A stretch of DNA of 42,034 bases from Candidatus Micrarchaeia archaeon (GCA_041662045.1 JBAZTI010000003.1:1-42034); one strand, 5' to 3'; numbered from the stretch's first letter, positions 19,301 through 27,003 are shown. Notes: generated from the sequence alone by a model not told the origin. Numbers and translations: made by a program.

Positions 19301-19719
19301 ATGGCGAGGTAGTCGCTGCCGTCCTGGTTGCTCCGTATCTCGAACTTGGATATGCCCTCTGTCGGCGCCACGAGCACGCCCTCGGTCAGTATGCCTACTC
19401 CTGTCCGCACGGACTGCTCGATGAGCCTTTGCTTGCTTCCGCGGATTATCTCGCCGCGCACTATCTTGAGCACCACCATGTGCGCGATGGTCTGGCGCGA
19501 GTGCCCCTCCTTCTCAAGCGCGCGGATGACCTCGGTGATGCCTGGCGGCCCGACAATCCCCTCCACGCGCGCTGCAACGTCGGCTGCGCGCTTTATCTCA
19601 ACGTAAGGCGCAGGGTCGAGCCCCTTGCCCCGCGCCTCCTCGGCAACCGAATAGGCGCGCTCGCGGGCTGACGCAAGCGAGGAGAAATACCTTTCCATTT
19701 CCTCGCTCCTTTCCGTCAT
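16321..19719 (-). CDS. polC: DNA polymerase II (PolD) large subunit DP2
   Basis: 1132 aa. The N-terminus YFSSLASARERAYSVAEEARGKGLDPAPYVEI..AARVEGIVG and the Cys clusters (CSSCGNTTFSPLCACGG, CPKCGRP..CSEC, CLECKVKY..CNACGG) are typical of DP2. ATGA overlap with the DP1 gene. Length leaves no room for an intein. Confidence 0.95.
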   Translation of the reverse strand: MTERSEEMERYFSSLASARERAYSVAEEARGKGLDPAPYVEIKRAADVAARVEGIVGPPGITEVIRALEKEGHSRQTIAHMVVLKIVRGEIIRGSKQRLIEQSVRTGVGILTEGVLVAPTEGISKFEIRSNQDGSDYLAIYFAGPIRSAGGTVAALAVVLGDVARRQLGIGDFRPTDELLDRYVEEIDVYGTRSAHLQYRPPEADIRHIVKSCPVCIDGDPTEDAEVSVHRDVPGVATNRVRSGIALVICEGIAQKAAKVSRYTKKIGLDWGWMDSIIKVAKKEGAFEPKPDFRFLEESVAGRAIFSYPSTKGGWRLRYGRSRGSGIMGKAVHPASMYMLDSFLAVGTQMKIERPGKSTVITPCDSILGPTVKLKDGSVVEVQSASEAERLLPSVERILFLGDMLVSIGDFLKSNHPLFPAAWCEERLELMAKKQGALPPRPGCPAGEAVAFARRTGLPLHPTYTYFWHDITHEQLRDLALWLRTGKPSYGLLKLESFELESSPAKAALEELCVPHSVQEGRVKISGEHAYALLKTMGIMVDKKITGEKFDALFDGKKPVLGTLSELSGMRIMPKAPTYIGSRMGRPEKARERRMKKSVNVLFPIGTRIDKNASISRAYAKLRAKGEREGRGVEVEIARMRCSSCGNTTFSPLCACGGRAALLLVCPKCGRPKNSEECSECRVATKHYDRRAVDIIKLYERAAERTGIDASKSADIKGVEGLFSASKTPEPLEKGFLRAAHGVFVFRDGTCRFDATDIPLTHFRPDEMGISAEQARGFGYSHDKDGRPLEHASQVIALNAQDIILSRSGAHTLFSVSRFIDDLLDKLYGMPRFYNLSKEEDLLGHLVIGLSPHTSAGVLARVVGFTDAHVGFAHPFFHTAKRRNADGDEDTVILLMDGLLNFSRAFLPESRGGTMDAPLVLTTELDPNEVDDEAHSMEVCSAYPIELYELSDKYASPSELKLDTVKKLLGKPEQYGSLPYSHETADVSAGPHQSTYLKFKDMGEKIEAQFTLQEKIRAVDPADAAERLLLHHFFPDLYGNLRSFSQQEFRCLECKVKYRRVPLSGKCNACGGKLLLTINKGGITKYLDHAERLIERYHLPPYMKQRMELFRKDITSIFTEEPEKQKGLADFM

Positions 19720-21194
19720 ATCCCCACCCCTTCCTTGAAGCCTATGTAGTTCATCTTGCCAGTCATCGCCTCCAGCACCGGCACGAGCCCGGGCGATGGC
19801 ACGTGGCCCATCCTCACCTGGAAGTCGGTCCTGTCCTGGAAGGTGCCGCTGTTCAGGAGAAGCGCGCCGCGGTAGAGCATGTGCCCGTTCTTGTGCACGT
19901 GCCCCATGTGCACCACGTCGGGCTCGTCCTCCATCACTAGGTAGTCGTGCGCCTCGGGCACTATGAGGTTCTGCCCGTAAATCGGGGAGAGGTGGCGGCG
20001 GCGCACAAGCTCCAGCATTGCCTCGTGCGGCTTGTCGTACGAAAGCCCGCCTGCCGCGATAATGGAGTCGAGCGAGTTGCCGTGGTATATGAGGTGGCGC
20101 AGGCCCTCTATCTCCACGCGCGAGGGGCTGCCCACGCGCACCACGTTGCCCTTTATCATGTCATAGGGGATGATGGGCTGGGGCTCTGCGCGGCGCACAG
20201 CGTCGTGGTTGCCAGGCCCCACTATCACGGTTATGTAATCGGGTATCTTCTCCATGAAGGAGTCGAACATCTCGTACTGCTTGTAGATGTCCTTCACCGC
20301 AAGCTCCTTCTCCTGCTCGGGGTAGATGCCTATCCCGTCCGCAACGTCGCCTGCGATAACGACGTACTTCACCTTGCCTGCCAAATCAGCCCTGCCCTCG
20401 GAGCCGTTGAGCCAGCTTATGAAGTGCGAGAACTCGCCTTCCAGGAACTTCTTGCTGCCCATGTGCAGGTCCGAGATGTAGGCGATGGACAGGTCGCGCT
20501 CGGACTTCCTCTGCTCGCGGGCAACCGGGATGTCCGGCCACTCCACGTTGTCGCAGATGAAAAGCTCGTCCACGCTCTTGCCGTCGAACGCCACTATGTC
20601 GTCGGAAAGTATCTTGTGGTGCACCTTGAAGCCAGCGGTGTCCTTCATCACTACCACCTTGGCAGAGCCCTCCTCGTCCTCCACTTCCAGAAGCACGTTG
20701 CCTTTTTTCGTCATCTGCTTCCTGTTCACCATTGCGATGAGGCGCACTTTCGTGTTCTGGACGGACTTGAGCTTGCTTGTGGGCACGATGGCGTTCTGGG
20801 TGATGCGGGCGCGCACGATCTTGGAGATTCTCGCGTACCTGTCGCGGAAATGCGCCACGAAGTCCTCGAGCTTGCCGGTGCAGCGGGACTTGCCGCTCAC
20901 GTCGGATTTTTCAATGACTTTGTAGTTAGGGGAGTATTCCTTTGCAACCGGGCGGAAGGAGGGCGAGCGGCTCACCGCCGTTTCCACGGGGATTTTTCCC
21001 TCAGCGGACAGCATCCCGTCGATGTCGTCCTTTGCGAGCATGAACTTGCCGCTTGAGATGATTTTTTCAAGCGCGGAAGGCTCGAGGGCGAAATTCTCGA
21101 GGAACGAGTATGCGTCTGGGGAGAGGCGGATGCCTGCGGCGTAGATGGAGTCGATGTCGGATTTCAATTTCCCACCCGCAACTTGCTGCCTCAT
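19716..21194 (-). CDS. polB: DNA polymerase II (PolD) small subunit DP1
   Basis: OB-fold region followed by calcineurin-like phosphoesterase motifs DLHMGS, GDVADG, GNHD, HGNS, GHVH. Confidence 0.93.
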   Translation of the reverse strand: MRQQVAGGKLKSDIDSIYAAGIRLSPDAYSFLENFALEPSALEKIISSGKFMLAKDDIDGMLSAEGKIPVETAVSRSPSFRPVAKEYSPNYKVIEKSDVSGKSRCTGKLEDFVAHFRDRYARISKIVRARITQNAIVPTSKLKSVQNTKVRLIAMVNRKQMTKKGNVLLEVEDEEGSAKVVVMKDTAGFKVHHKILSDDIVAFDGKSVDELFICDNVEWPDIPVAREQRKSERDLSIAYISDLHMGSKKFLEGEFSHFISWLNGSEGRADLAGKVKYVVIAGDVADGIGIYPEQEKELAVKDIYKQYEMFDSFMEKIPDYITVIVGPGNHDAVRRAEPQPIIPYDMIKGNVVRVGSPSRVEIEGLRHLIYHGNSLDSIIAAGGLSYDKPHEAMLELVRRRHLSPIYGQNLIVPEAHDYLVMEDEPDVVHMGHVHKNGHMLYRGALLLNSGTFQDRTDFQVRMGHVPSPGLVPVLEAMTGKMNYIGFKEGVGI

Positions 21195-21271
21195 TCGGCG
21201 ATTGCGGCCCTTTGCTGAAAAATGCGGCGGCCTTGCACCACAAAGCCGGCGCCGTTACGGATTAATATGCA

Positions 21272-21523
21272 CTATTGCGTTTTTATGGATTCCAGCGCGG
21301 AGAGGATGGTCCATATCTGCGTCCGCGCATGCATGGGCATGTTGATGTCCTCGGACACTGCCTCGATGGAGTACACGGCCGAGCCCACCTTTGTCGAAAG
21401 CTCGTCTGCGCTTTTCAGCCTTTCGCGCGCCTCCACGAGCGCCCGGCGGATGTTCTTGGGCACGGAGGTGTCCTCGGCGACGTTGTTGATGAGCTCGACC
21501 ACTTCGGAGATGTTCTTTTCCAT
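21272..21523 (-). CDS. UPF0147-family small helical protein
   Basis: MEKNISEVVELINNVAEDTSVPKNIRRAL..AR..L...........A...I..VSEDINMPMHARTQIWTILSALE matches my memory of the archaeal UPF0147 signature (D.sVP.NIRr ... DpNmP.h.Rt.iW). Start taken at the internal ATG. Confidence 0.7.
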   Translation of the reverse strand: MEKNISEVVELINNVAEDTSVPKNIRRALVEARERLKSADELSTKVGSAVYSIEAVSEDINMPMHARTQIWTILSALESIKTQ

Positions 21524-21634
21524 GTTCCCACCTGCGCCAGTGTCACAAGCCGCGTGCGGCTCCAAAGATAATATGCAGTGTAAACGAAAGGCGGACGAAT
21601 TACATTCAAAAAGCTTATAATGAAACTTCCCGGC

Positions 21635-21901
21635 TCACTTTTTCCCAGCCTTGCCCCCCGTTATGGCGAAAGACGCGTTTGCAAGCGCAACCAGCGTGGC
21701 TGCGGCGTTCAGGACGATGAAAACCGCGTCGCCTATGTCGATGCTGTGCAGCGTCAGGAGGAAGCTTCCTGCGCCGTAAAGGAGCGCGAATTGGAGAGGC
21801 ACGCGCGCCTGCCTGCTGCGCAGCGCCTGCCGGAATTCCCATGCCCAGCCGGCAAGAATGAAAAGGAGCCCCAGGACGCTTATGTAATCCGCCACGCGCA
21901 A
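21635..21901 (-). CDS. Small membrane protein (3 TM helices)
   Basis: 88 aa, three hydrophobic helices, basic C-terminus. Confidence 0.45.
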   Translation of the reverse strand: MRVADYISVLGLLFILAGWAWEFRQALRSRQARVPLQFALLYGAGSFLLTLHSIDIGDAVFIVLNAAATLVALANASFAITGGKAGKK

Positions 21902-22107
21902 TCACCGCAATCATTTCGGGCATGGGGTTTTAAAATCGTCCCATTCTACAAAGACAAAAGCCGGCACCGGGGGCTTATCCACGCCCCCGCTCAGCCGCGC
22001 ATTGCATGTTGTTCTGAAATTTCGTTTTCGGAACGGGGCCGTTCCACATCCCCGCGCAGGTGTTCATAATATTAACATTTACATCGGCTAATCTCATCCG
22101 TTAGCAC

Positions 22108-22180
22108 GGGGCCGTGGGCTAACCTGGTACGCTACCGCGTTCGGGACGCGGTGATCTGTGTTCAAATCACAGCGGCCCCA
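22108..22180 (+). tRNA. tRNA-Pro (anticodon CGG), no intron, CCA not encoded
   Basis: Acceptor GGGGCCG/CGGCCCC, anticodon stem CCGCG/CGCGG with loop TTCGGGA, T arm CTGTG-TTCAAAT-CACAG, discriminator A. The D stem has only 3 bp. Confidence 0.85.
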
Positions 22181-22184
22181 TTGA

Positions 22185-22258
22185 CATTTTCACGTAGGTG
22201 AAAATGGCAATAAGTTGTGCGAAGCACAACTGTATCGTCAAGTTGCAAGAGCAACTTG
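22185..22258 (+). repeat. Cluster of three consecutive hairpins between tRNA-Pro and the convergent nth stop
   Basis: CATTTTCAC-GTAG-GTGAAAATG (22185-22206), AGTTGTGC-GAA-GCACAACT (22213-22231), CAAGTTGC-AAGA-GCAACTTG (22239-22258). The 22-mer AAGTTGTGCGAAGCACAACTGT recurs at 23175-23196. Confidence 0.85.
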
Positions 22259-22261
22259 GCG

Positions 22262-22915
22262 CTATTTTTTCTTTAATCCTACTTTAGGGCACAGCTTGTT
22301 CACTGGGCACATTTCGCATTTCGGCCGGCGCGCTATGCAGATTGCCCTGCCGTGGTGCACGAACAGGTCGGAAATCCTGAGCCAGTCCTTGCGCGGGAGA
22401 AGCGCCATCAGGTCTCGCTCTATTTTTTCCTGCTGCCTCTCTCGCGTCCAGCCAAGCAGATGGCTTATCCTGATGGCGTGCGTGTCAACTGGCACGCCCT
22501 CCACCACGCCGTATGCGTTGCCAAGCACAATGTTTGCCGTCTTTCGCGCAACGCCTGGAAGCTTTAGCATCTCCTCCATGGTGCGCGGCACCTGCCCCTT
22601 GTGCTTTTCAGCAATTATCCTGCAGGAGGCGCGTATGTTTTTCGCCTTGTTATGGTAAAAGCCCGTGGAGCGGACAAGGGTTTCAAGCTCGGAAATGTCA
22701 GCCTCGGAAAAGTCTTTTGCAGACCTGTATCTCCTGAAAAGCGCAGGCGTCACAATGTTCACGCGCGCGTCGGTGCACTGCGCCGAGAGGATGGTGGCCA
22801 CAAGAAGCTGGAGAGGCGTGGTGTGCACAAGGGAGCATTTTGCATCAGGGTAGGCGCGCTTGAGAAGGGTTACGATTTTTCGCGCGCGGTCTTTTTTGGC
22901 AGGAAAACTTTCCAT
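22262..22915 (-). CDS. nth: Endonuclease III (DNA glycosylase/AP lyase)
   Basis: HhH-GPD region LPGVARKTANIVLGNAYG, catalytic-Lys context, C-terminal 4Fe-4S cluster loop C-x6-C-x2-C-x5-C (CIARRPKCEMCPVNKLC). Confidence 0.92.
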   Translation of the reverse strand: MESFPAKKDRARKIVTLLKRAYPDAKCSLVHTTPLQLLVATILSAQCTDARVNIVTPALFRRYRSAKDFSEADISELETLVRSTGFYHNKAKNIRASCRIIAEKHKGQVPRTMEEMLKLPGVARKTANIVLGNAYGVVEGVPVDTHAIRISHLLGWTRERQQEKIERDLMALLPRKDWLRISDLFVHHGRAICIARRPKCEMCPVNKLCPKVGLKKK

Positions 22916-22936
22916 GCCGGGCTTTCATCCTGAAGG

Positions 22937-22945
22937 CTTTTTAAC
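22937..22945 (+). promoter_or_regulatory. TATA box of tRNA-Arg
   Basis: TTTTTAACC centred 30 nt upstream of tRNA position 1. The identical 9-mer precedes tRNA-Leu. Confidence 0.6.
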
Positions 22946-22970
22946 CGTTCAACAATACAATAGTGCGCCA

Positions 22971-23125
22971 CGGGCCCGTGGCGCAGCCTGGATAGCGCGG
23001 CAGACTTCTATCCGTAGGGGGCAGATGACTCAGATAATATCCCCCTAACGGTTCACCCCCAATTTGGGCGCATGAACCGGCGATGGAGAAATCTGAAGGT
23101 CGTGAGTTCAAATCTCACCGGGCCC
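22971..23125 (+). tRNA. tRNA-Arg (anticodon TCT) with an ~80-nt intron after position 37 (about 23010-23089)
   Basis: Acceptor GGGCCCG/CGGGCCC, D arm GCGC-AGCCTGGATA-GCGC, anticodon stem GCAGA / TCTGA (27:43 is G.A), loop CT-TCT-A, T arm GTGAG-TTCAAAT-CTCAC, discriminator G. The intron folds into two long stems. Confidence 0.8.
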
Positions 23126-23135
23126 GTTCTTTTTT
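23126..23135 (+). terminator. Oligo-T termination tract after tRNA-Arg
   Basis: TTCTTTTTTC immediately follows the discriminator base. Confidence 0.5.
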
Positions 23136-23137
23136 CA

Positions 23138-23219
23138 AGAAGGTCGTGATCGTCAACTGCGTAGCAGTTGGCGAGAAGTTGTGCGAAGCACAACTGTGAG
23201 TTCAAATCTCACCGGGCCC
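23138..23219 (+). repeat. Second copy of the tRNA-Arg 3' part, interrupted by a pair of hairpins
   Basis: GAAGGTCGTGA (23138-23148) equals 23094-23104. GTGAGTTCAAATCTCACCGGGCCCG (23195-23219) equals 23101-23125. The 46-nt insert holds CAACTGC-GTA-GCAGTTG and AGTTGTGC-GAA-GCACAACT. Confidence 0.9.
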
Positions 23220-23244
23220 GAATTTCCTTTTTATTAAGAAGTAC

Positions 23245-23667
23245 TCATCCCCTGGCAATCCTGTCCTTTTGCGCTACAGATGCCTTGTTGCTGGCGTCGG
23301 TCACAAGCCCGCCAATCAGGCTTTGCGCAAAGCCGGTGTTGCTGTAGGCAAACGAAGTTTTGAAGTCCTTTGCCTTTGCCTCCAGGCTGAGGAGCGCAAG
23401 GTGGACGTCGTAATCCGTGACTTTCCTGTCCTTTATCTGGGAGCACAAGTTCCTGCCCAAAAGCTCGCGCAGGTGCTTGCCCTCGGTGGAATTCACATCG
23501 GTGCTTGCAAGCTTTTTCTCGACTTCTGACAAGGCTGTCCTGACGTTCAGGATCTCAGCAAGGGTTATCGGGGGCATGAACTCAAGATTCTTGAGGGTTT
23601 TTACATAGGGCTCGATAGGGTCGTGGGAGGAGCCGAAGCCGGTCATTTGGAACAGGAAGATTGCCAT
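23245..23667 (-). CDS. Hypothetical protein (140 aa)
   Basis: Start is placed at MAIFLFQ, 26 nt downstream of a TATA-like GCAATAAAAGGGG. The longer track ORF would overlap argS and its promoter. No motif recognised. Confidence 0.45.
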   Translation of the reverse strand: MAIFLFQMTGFGSSHDPIEPYVKTLKNLEFMPPITLAEILNVRTALSEVEKKLASTDVNSTEGKHLRELLGRNLCSQIKDRKVTDYDVHLALLSLEAKAKDFKTSFAYSNTGFAQSLIGGLVTDASNKASVAQKDRIARG

Positions 23668-23715
23668 GCCTTGTTTATGCCCGCTTCCCCTTTTATTGCT
23701 TGCGCAAGGCTGAAG

Positions 23716-23728
23716 CATTATATTATTG
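23716..23728 (+). promoter_or_regulatory. TATA box of argS (leaderless)
   Basis: CATTATATTATTG centred ~25 nt upstream of the ATG at 23747. Confidence 0.5.
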
Positions 23729-23746
23729 ATGCGGCAAGATAGGCGC

Positions 23747-25555
23747 ATGTACCTGAAGCTGAAGGGGGAACTTGCGTCCGCGGTTGCGCGCGCGTCAGGC
23801 GTGTCCGAGGAGGAGGCAGAGGCGTCCATCGAGCTTCCCAGGGGGCAGTTCGGCGACGTGGCAAGCTCGGTGTGCTTCATGCTGGCTAAAAAGGAGAAGA
23901 AAAGCCCTGTGCAGCTTGCCGCGGAAGTGTGCGCGAAGCTTGAGCTTCCAGAATGGGTGGCTGAGGCAAAGACTGCCGGCCCCTACATCAACTTTTTCCT
24001 CTCTGACAAGTTTTACGCGGAGCTTTTGCAGGAAGCTGCAAAGGCAGGCGCTGCGTTTGGCAGGGGAAAGGGGCGCAGCGGGAAAACGATAATCGAGTTT
24101 CCCTCCGTGAACCCGAACAAGCCATGGCACATCGGGCACCTGAGGAATGCGCTTCTGGGCGATTCGGTGGCGCGCGTGCTTGAGGCGGCAGGCGAGAACG
24201 TGGAGAGGGCAGATTACATTGACGACCTGGGGCTCCAAGTAGCGCAGTCGTTCTGGGGATACCTGAACCTCGGGAAGACGCCAGAGGGAAAGCTTGACTT
24301 GTGGCTGGGCAAGGAGTATGTGGAGGCTGCAAAAAGGTTTGAGGAAAGCGAGGAAGTGCAGAAGCAGGTAAGGCAGCTTGTCAAGGAGATGGAGGAAGGC
24401 GAGGGCAGGAACGCGTCCGAGTGCCGCAAGCTTGTGGAAAAATGCGTCGCGGCGCAGTATGAAACGGCGTTCAAGTTCTCAGTCTACCACGACGTGATGA
24501 TATTCGAGTCGGACATATTGCGCACCATTTTCGAGGAGGGCATGGCGCGCATCAAGGAAAATCCGGCAATTGTCAAGGAAACGGAAGGCAAGAACGCGGG
24601 CTGCCTGGTGGCAAAGATGACGTCGCCCGAGTTTGCCAGCATGGAGTCGCCGGACAAGATACTGGTGAGGAGCGACGGGACCGCCACCTACACAGGCAAG
24701 GACGTGATTTTCCAGCTCTGGAAGTTCGGCTTGCTCAAGAGCGACTTTTCCTACTCAGAGTTCATGGTGCAGCCAAACGGCGAGGCATGCATGATGAGCG
24801 CAAAGAAGGGGAAACCTGGGAAGTTCGGCAATGCCAGCCGCGTGATAAACGTGATTGGCATGGAGCAGGCATACCCCCAGAAAGTGATAAAGGAAATACT
24901 GCTTTCCATGGGGTACAGGAAGGAGGCGGAAAGGTCCGTGCACCTTTCCTACGAGCATGTTGGGCTCGAGGATTCCAAATTCTCGGGAAGGCAGGGAACG
25001 TGGGTGGGATACACCACGGACGAGCTGTTTGAGGAAGGGGTGAAGCGCGCAGAGGGGAAGATAAAGCCAGATGTGCAGGGAGTGGAAAGAGGGAAGATTG
25101 CCGCAGCCATTGCCGCTGCCGCAATACGCTTCACGATGATTAGGACAACCCCTGAGAAGAAAATAACATTCCGCTGGGACGACGCGCTCTCGCTTGAGGG
25201 TGACTCCGCGCCATATGCCATATATGCGCATGCGCGCGCGCACAAGATATTCGAGAAGGGAGGGGCAGGGGAGGCTGGCGCGGCATTCGAGCCTGCGGAA
25301 AAGGAGCTTTTGAAGAAAGTGATGCTGCTTGATTTTGTTGTTTCCGAGTCTGCAAGGCAGCTGCGCCCGCACATCGTCGCTGAATATTGCCTTGACCTGG
25401 CTGCGCTTTACAACAAGTTCTACAATGCCTGCCCAATCCTATCGTGCGAGGATGAAAAGGCGAGGGAGGGCAGGCTTGCCACAAACTTCGCAGCCAAGGT
25501 GGCGATGTCAAACGCGCTTGGCGCAATAGGGGTGCCTGCGCTTGAGAGGATGTAG
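23747..25555 (+). CDS. argS: Arginine--tRNA ligase
   Basis: Class I signature region FPSVNPNKPWHIGHLRNALLGD (HIGH). N-terminal Arg-tRNA-binding-like and C-terminal DALR-like helical domains. About 600 aa. Confidence 0.9.
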   Translation: MYLKLKGELASAVARASGVSEEEAEASIELPRGQFGDVASSVCFMLAKKEKKSPVQLAAEVCAKLELPEWVAEAKTAGPYINFFLSDKFYAELLQEAAKAGAAFGRGKGRSGKTIIEFPSVNPNKPWHIGHLRNALLGDSVARVLEAAGENVERADYIDDLGLQVAQSFWGYLNLGKTPEGKLDLWLGKEYVEAAKRFEESEEVQKQVRQLVKEMEEGEGRNASECRKLVEKCVAAQYETAFKFSVYHDVMIFESDILRTIFEEGMARIKENPAIVKETEGKNAGCLVAKMTSPEFASMESPDKILVRSDGTATYTGKDVIFQLWKFGLLKSDFSYSEFMVQPNGEACMMSAKKGKPGKFGNASRVINVIGMEQAYPQKVIKEILLSMGYRKEAERSVHLSYEHVGLEDSKFSGRQGTWVGYTTDELFEEGVKRAEGKIKPDVQGVERGKIAAAIAAAAIRFTMIRTTPEKKITFRWDDALSLEGDSAPYAIYAHARAHKIFEKGGAGEAGAAFEPAEKELLKKVMLLDFVVSESARQLRPHIVAEYCLDLAALYNKFYNACPILSCEDEKAREGRLATNFAAKVAMSNALGAIGVPALERM

Positions 25556-25586
25556 AATTATAAATAAAGCAATGGGGAAAATAGGC

Positions 25587-25838
25587 ATGGCAAAAAAATC
25601 AGTGCAAAAAGTCAAGAAATTCGATGTGATATTCGAGAGGGACGAGAGCGGCTATGTTGTGGCGCTTGTCCCTGAGCTTCCGGGCTGCCACACGCAGGCA
25701 AGGACGCTTTCCGAAGCGACGAAGATGATAAAGGAAGCCATTGAGATTTACCTTGAGGTGGCGCCTGTCAACGGGAAGGCAAGCAGCTCATCAAGATGCA
25801 TGGGCATACGGCAGGTCGCAGTCCCTATTCCGGCGTGA
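25587..25838 (+). CDS. hicB: HicB-like antitoxin (UPF0150 fold)
   Basis: FDVIFERDESGYVVALVPELPGCHTQARTLSEATKMIKEAIEIYLE is the classic HicB N-domain pattern. TATA AATTATAAATAAAG lies ~25 nt upstream. An alternative ATG lies at 25572. Confidence 0.75.
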   Translation: MAKKSVQKVKKFDVIFERDESGYVVALVPELPGCHTQARTLSEATKMIKEAIEIYLEVAPVNGKASSSSRCMGIRQVAVPIPA

Positions 25839-25842
25839 GGCG

Positions 25843-26070
25843 ATGAAGCTTCGCCCAATCCCGGTGAAAAAGGCGATTGCCCTTCTTAAGAAGCTTGGCT
25901 ATAACGAGGTGCGCCAGCGCGGCTCGCATCTCATCATGCAAAATGGGAAGGGCAGGATAATTGTGGTGCCGATCCACACAAAGGAAATCGGCGTTGGGCT
26001 TCTAAGGGCAATTATCCGCGAGCTTGGACTGAGCAGGGAGGCATATTTTTCAGCATTTGATAAGGTGTAG
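25843..26070 (+). CDS. hicA: HicA-family mRNA interferase toxin
   Basis: PVKKAIALLKKLGYNEVRQRGSHLIMQN..GRIIVVPIH.KEIGVGLLRAIIRELGLS matches the YcfA/HicA pattern (G-S-H ... P-x-H). Confidence 0.8.
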   Translation: MKLRPIPVKKAIALLKKLGYNEVRQRGSHLIMQNGKGRIIVVPIHTKEIGVGLLRAIIRELGLSREAYFSAFDKV

Positions 26071-26072
26071 GC

Positions 26073-26339
26073 ATGACAAATATCCGGGAACTTGCTAGGA
26101 AAATCGCAGCCATCGAGCGCAGGAACGCGCGCGTGGAGGACGACAAGGCGTGGGAGACAAGCCTTGCGCGCAGGGGGGCGCTTGTTGCTTTCACATACAT
26201 TGCGGTTGGCGCATACCTTGCCGCAATAGGCGTGCCTGACCCGTGGCTCAACGCCATAGTGCCTGCCGTAGCATTCATGCTGTCCACGCTCACGCTTCCC
26301 TACTTGAAAGTGATTTGGCTGAAAGGGAAGAGAAAGTAG
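26073..26339 (+). CDS. Small two-TM membrane protein
   Basis: 88 aa, charged N-terminal helix then two hydrophobic helices. Starts 3 nt after the hicA stop. Confidence 0.45.
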   Translation: MTNIRELARKIAAIERRNARVEDDKAWETSLARRGALVAFTYIAVGAYLAAIGVPDPWLNAIVPAVAFMLSTLTLPYLKVIWLKGKRK

Positions 26340-26343
26340 CGCT

Positions 26344-27003
26344 TCATTTCCCATCGATTATTTTTTCTATCTCGCCGTAAGTGTCCACAAAGTGAAGGAG
26401 CGAGAGGTCGCTTTTGCCCTGCGGGAGGAAGTCCTTGCGAAGCGGATTTTCCTCAAGCCATTTGAAAAGCCCTTGCCAGTATGCCCTGTTCACGCATATT
26501 ATCGGCACGGTGTCCACAATGCCGGTCTGCATGAGAACAGCATACTCGAAAAGCTCGTTTAGCGTGCCAAAGCCGCCAGGGTAGAAGATGAGCGCCTCGC
26601 TCTTTATGGACATTATGAAGCGGCGCACGAACAGGAAGTGGAAGGTCGCCTCGTGGGAGAATATCTTGTCCGTTACCTTTTCGCCTTCCAGAAGCTCTGC
26701 CTTGAGGCCGAATGATGGCGCGCCAGCCTCGGTTGCGCCGCTGTTTGCCGCATACATTATGCCCGGCCCGCCACCGCTTAGTATGGCATGCCCCGATTTG
26801 CCCAGCCTGAATGCGACGTCCTTGCAGTGGTCGTAGTATTGGCTGCCCTTGCGCACGCGGTGCGAGCCGAAGAATGCCACGAGCTTCCTGTCCGTCTTCC
26901 CGATGAGCGAGAGCCCTTGGCTTATCTCGTCTTTCACCTTGTCCACGGTCCAGCCTGTGCGCTCGAAGTATTGCTTGTTCTTGTGCAATCGGCTCATATT
27001 CAC
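26344..27003 (-). CDS. LOG-family (TIGR00730) nucleotide phosphoribohydrolase
   Basis: GGGPGIM and PGGFGTLNELFE motifs. Confidence 0.85.
   Translation of the reverse strand: MNMSRLHKNKQYFERTGWTVDKVKDEISQGLSLIGKTDRKLVAFFGSHRVRKGSQYYDHCKDVAFRLGKSGHAILSGGGPGIMYAANSGATEAGAPSFGLKAELLEGEKVTDKIFSHEATFHFLFVRRFIMSIKSEALIFYPGGFGTLNELFEYAVLMQTGIVDTVPIICVNRAYWQGLFKWLEENPLRKDFLPQGKSDLSLLHFVDTYGEIEKIIDGK

Noticed and set aside
16321-19719. Intein in the PolD large subunit.
   Set aside because: The 1132-aa length is normal for an intein-free DP2, and no Hint-domain block or homing-endonuclease motifs were seen.
23010-23089. C/D-box sRNA encoded in the tRNA-Arg intron, by analogy with archaeal tRNA-Trp introns.
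   Set aside because: Only loose matches are present (AGATGAC, CTGA at the exon border). The intron is better explained by two long stems.
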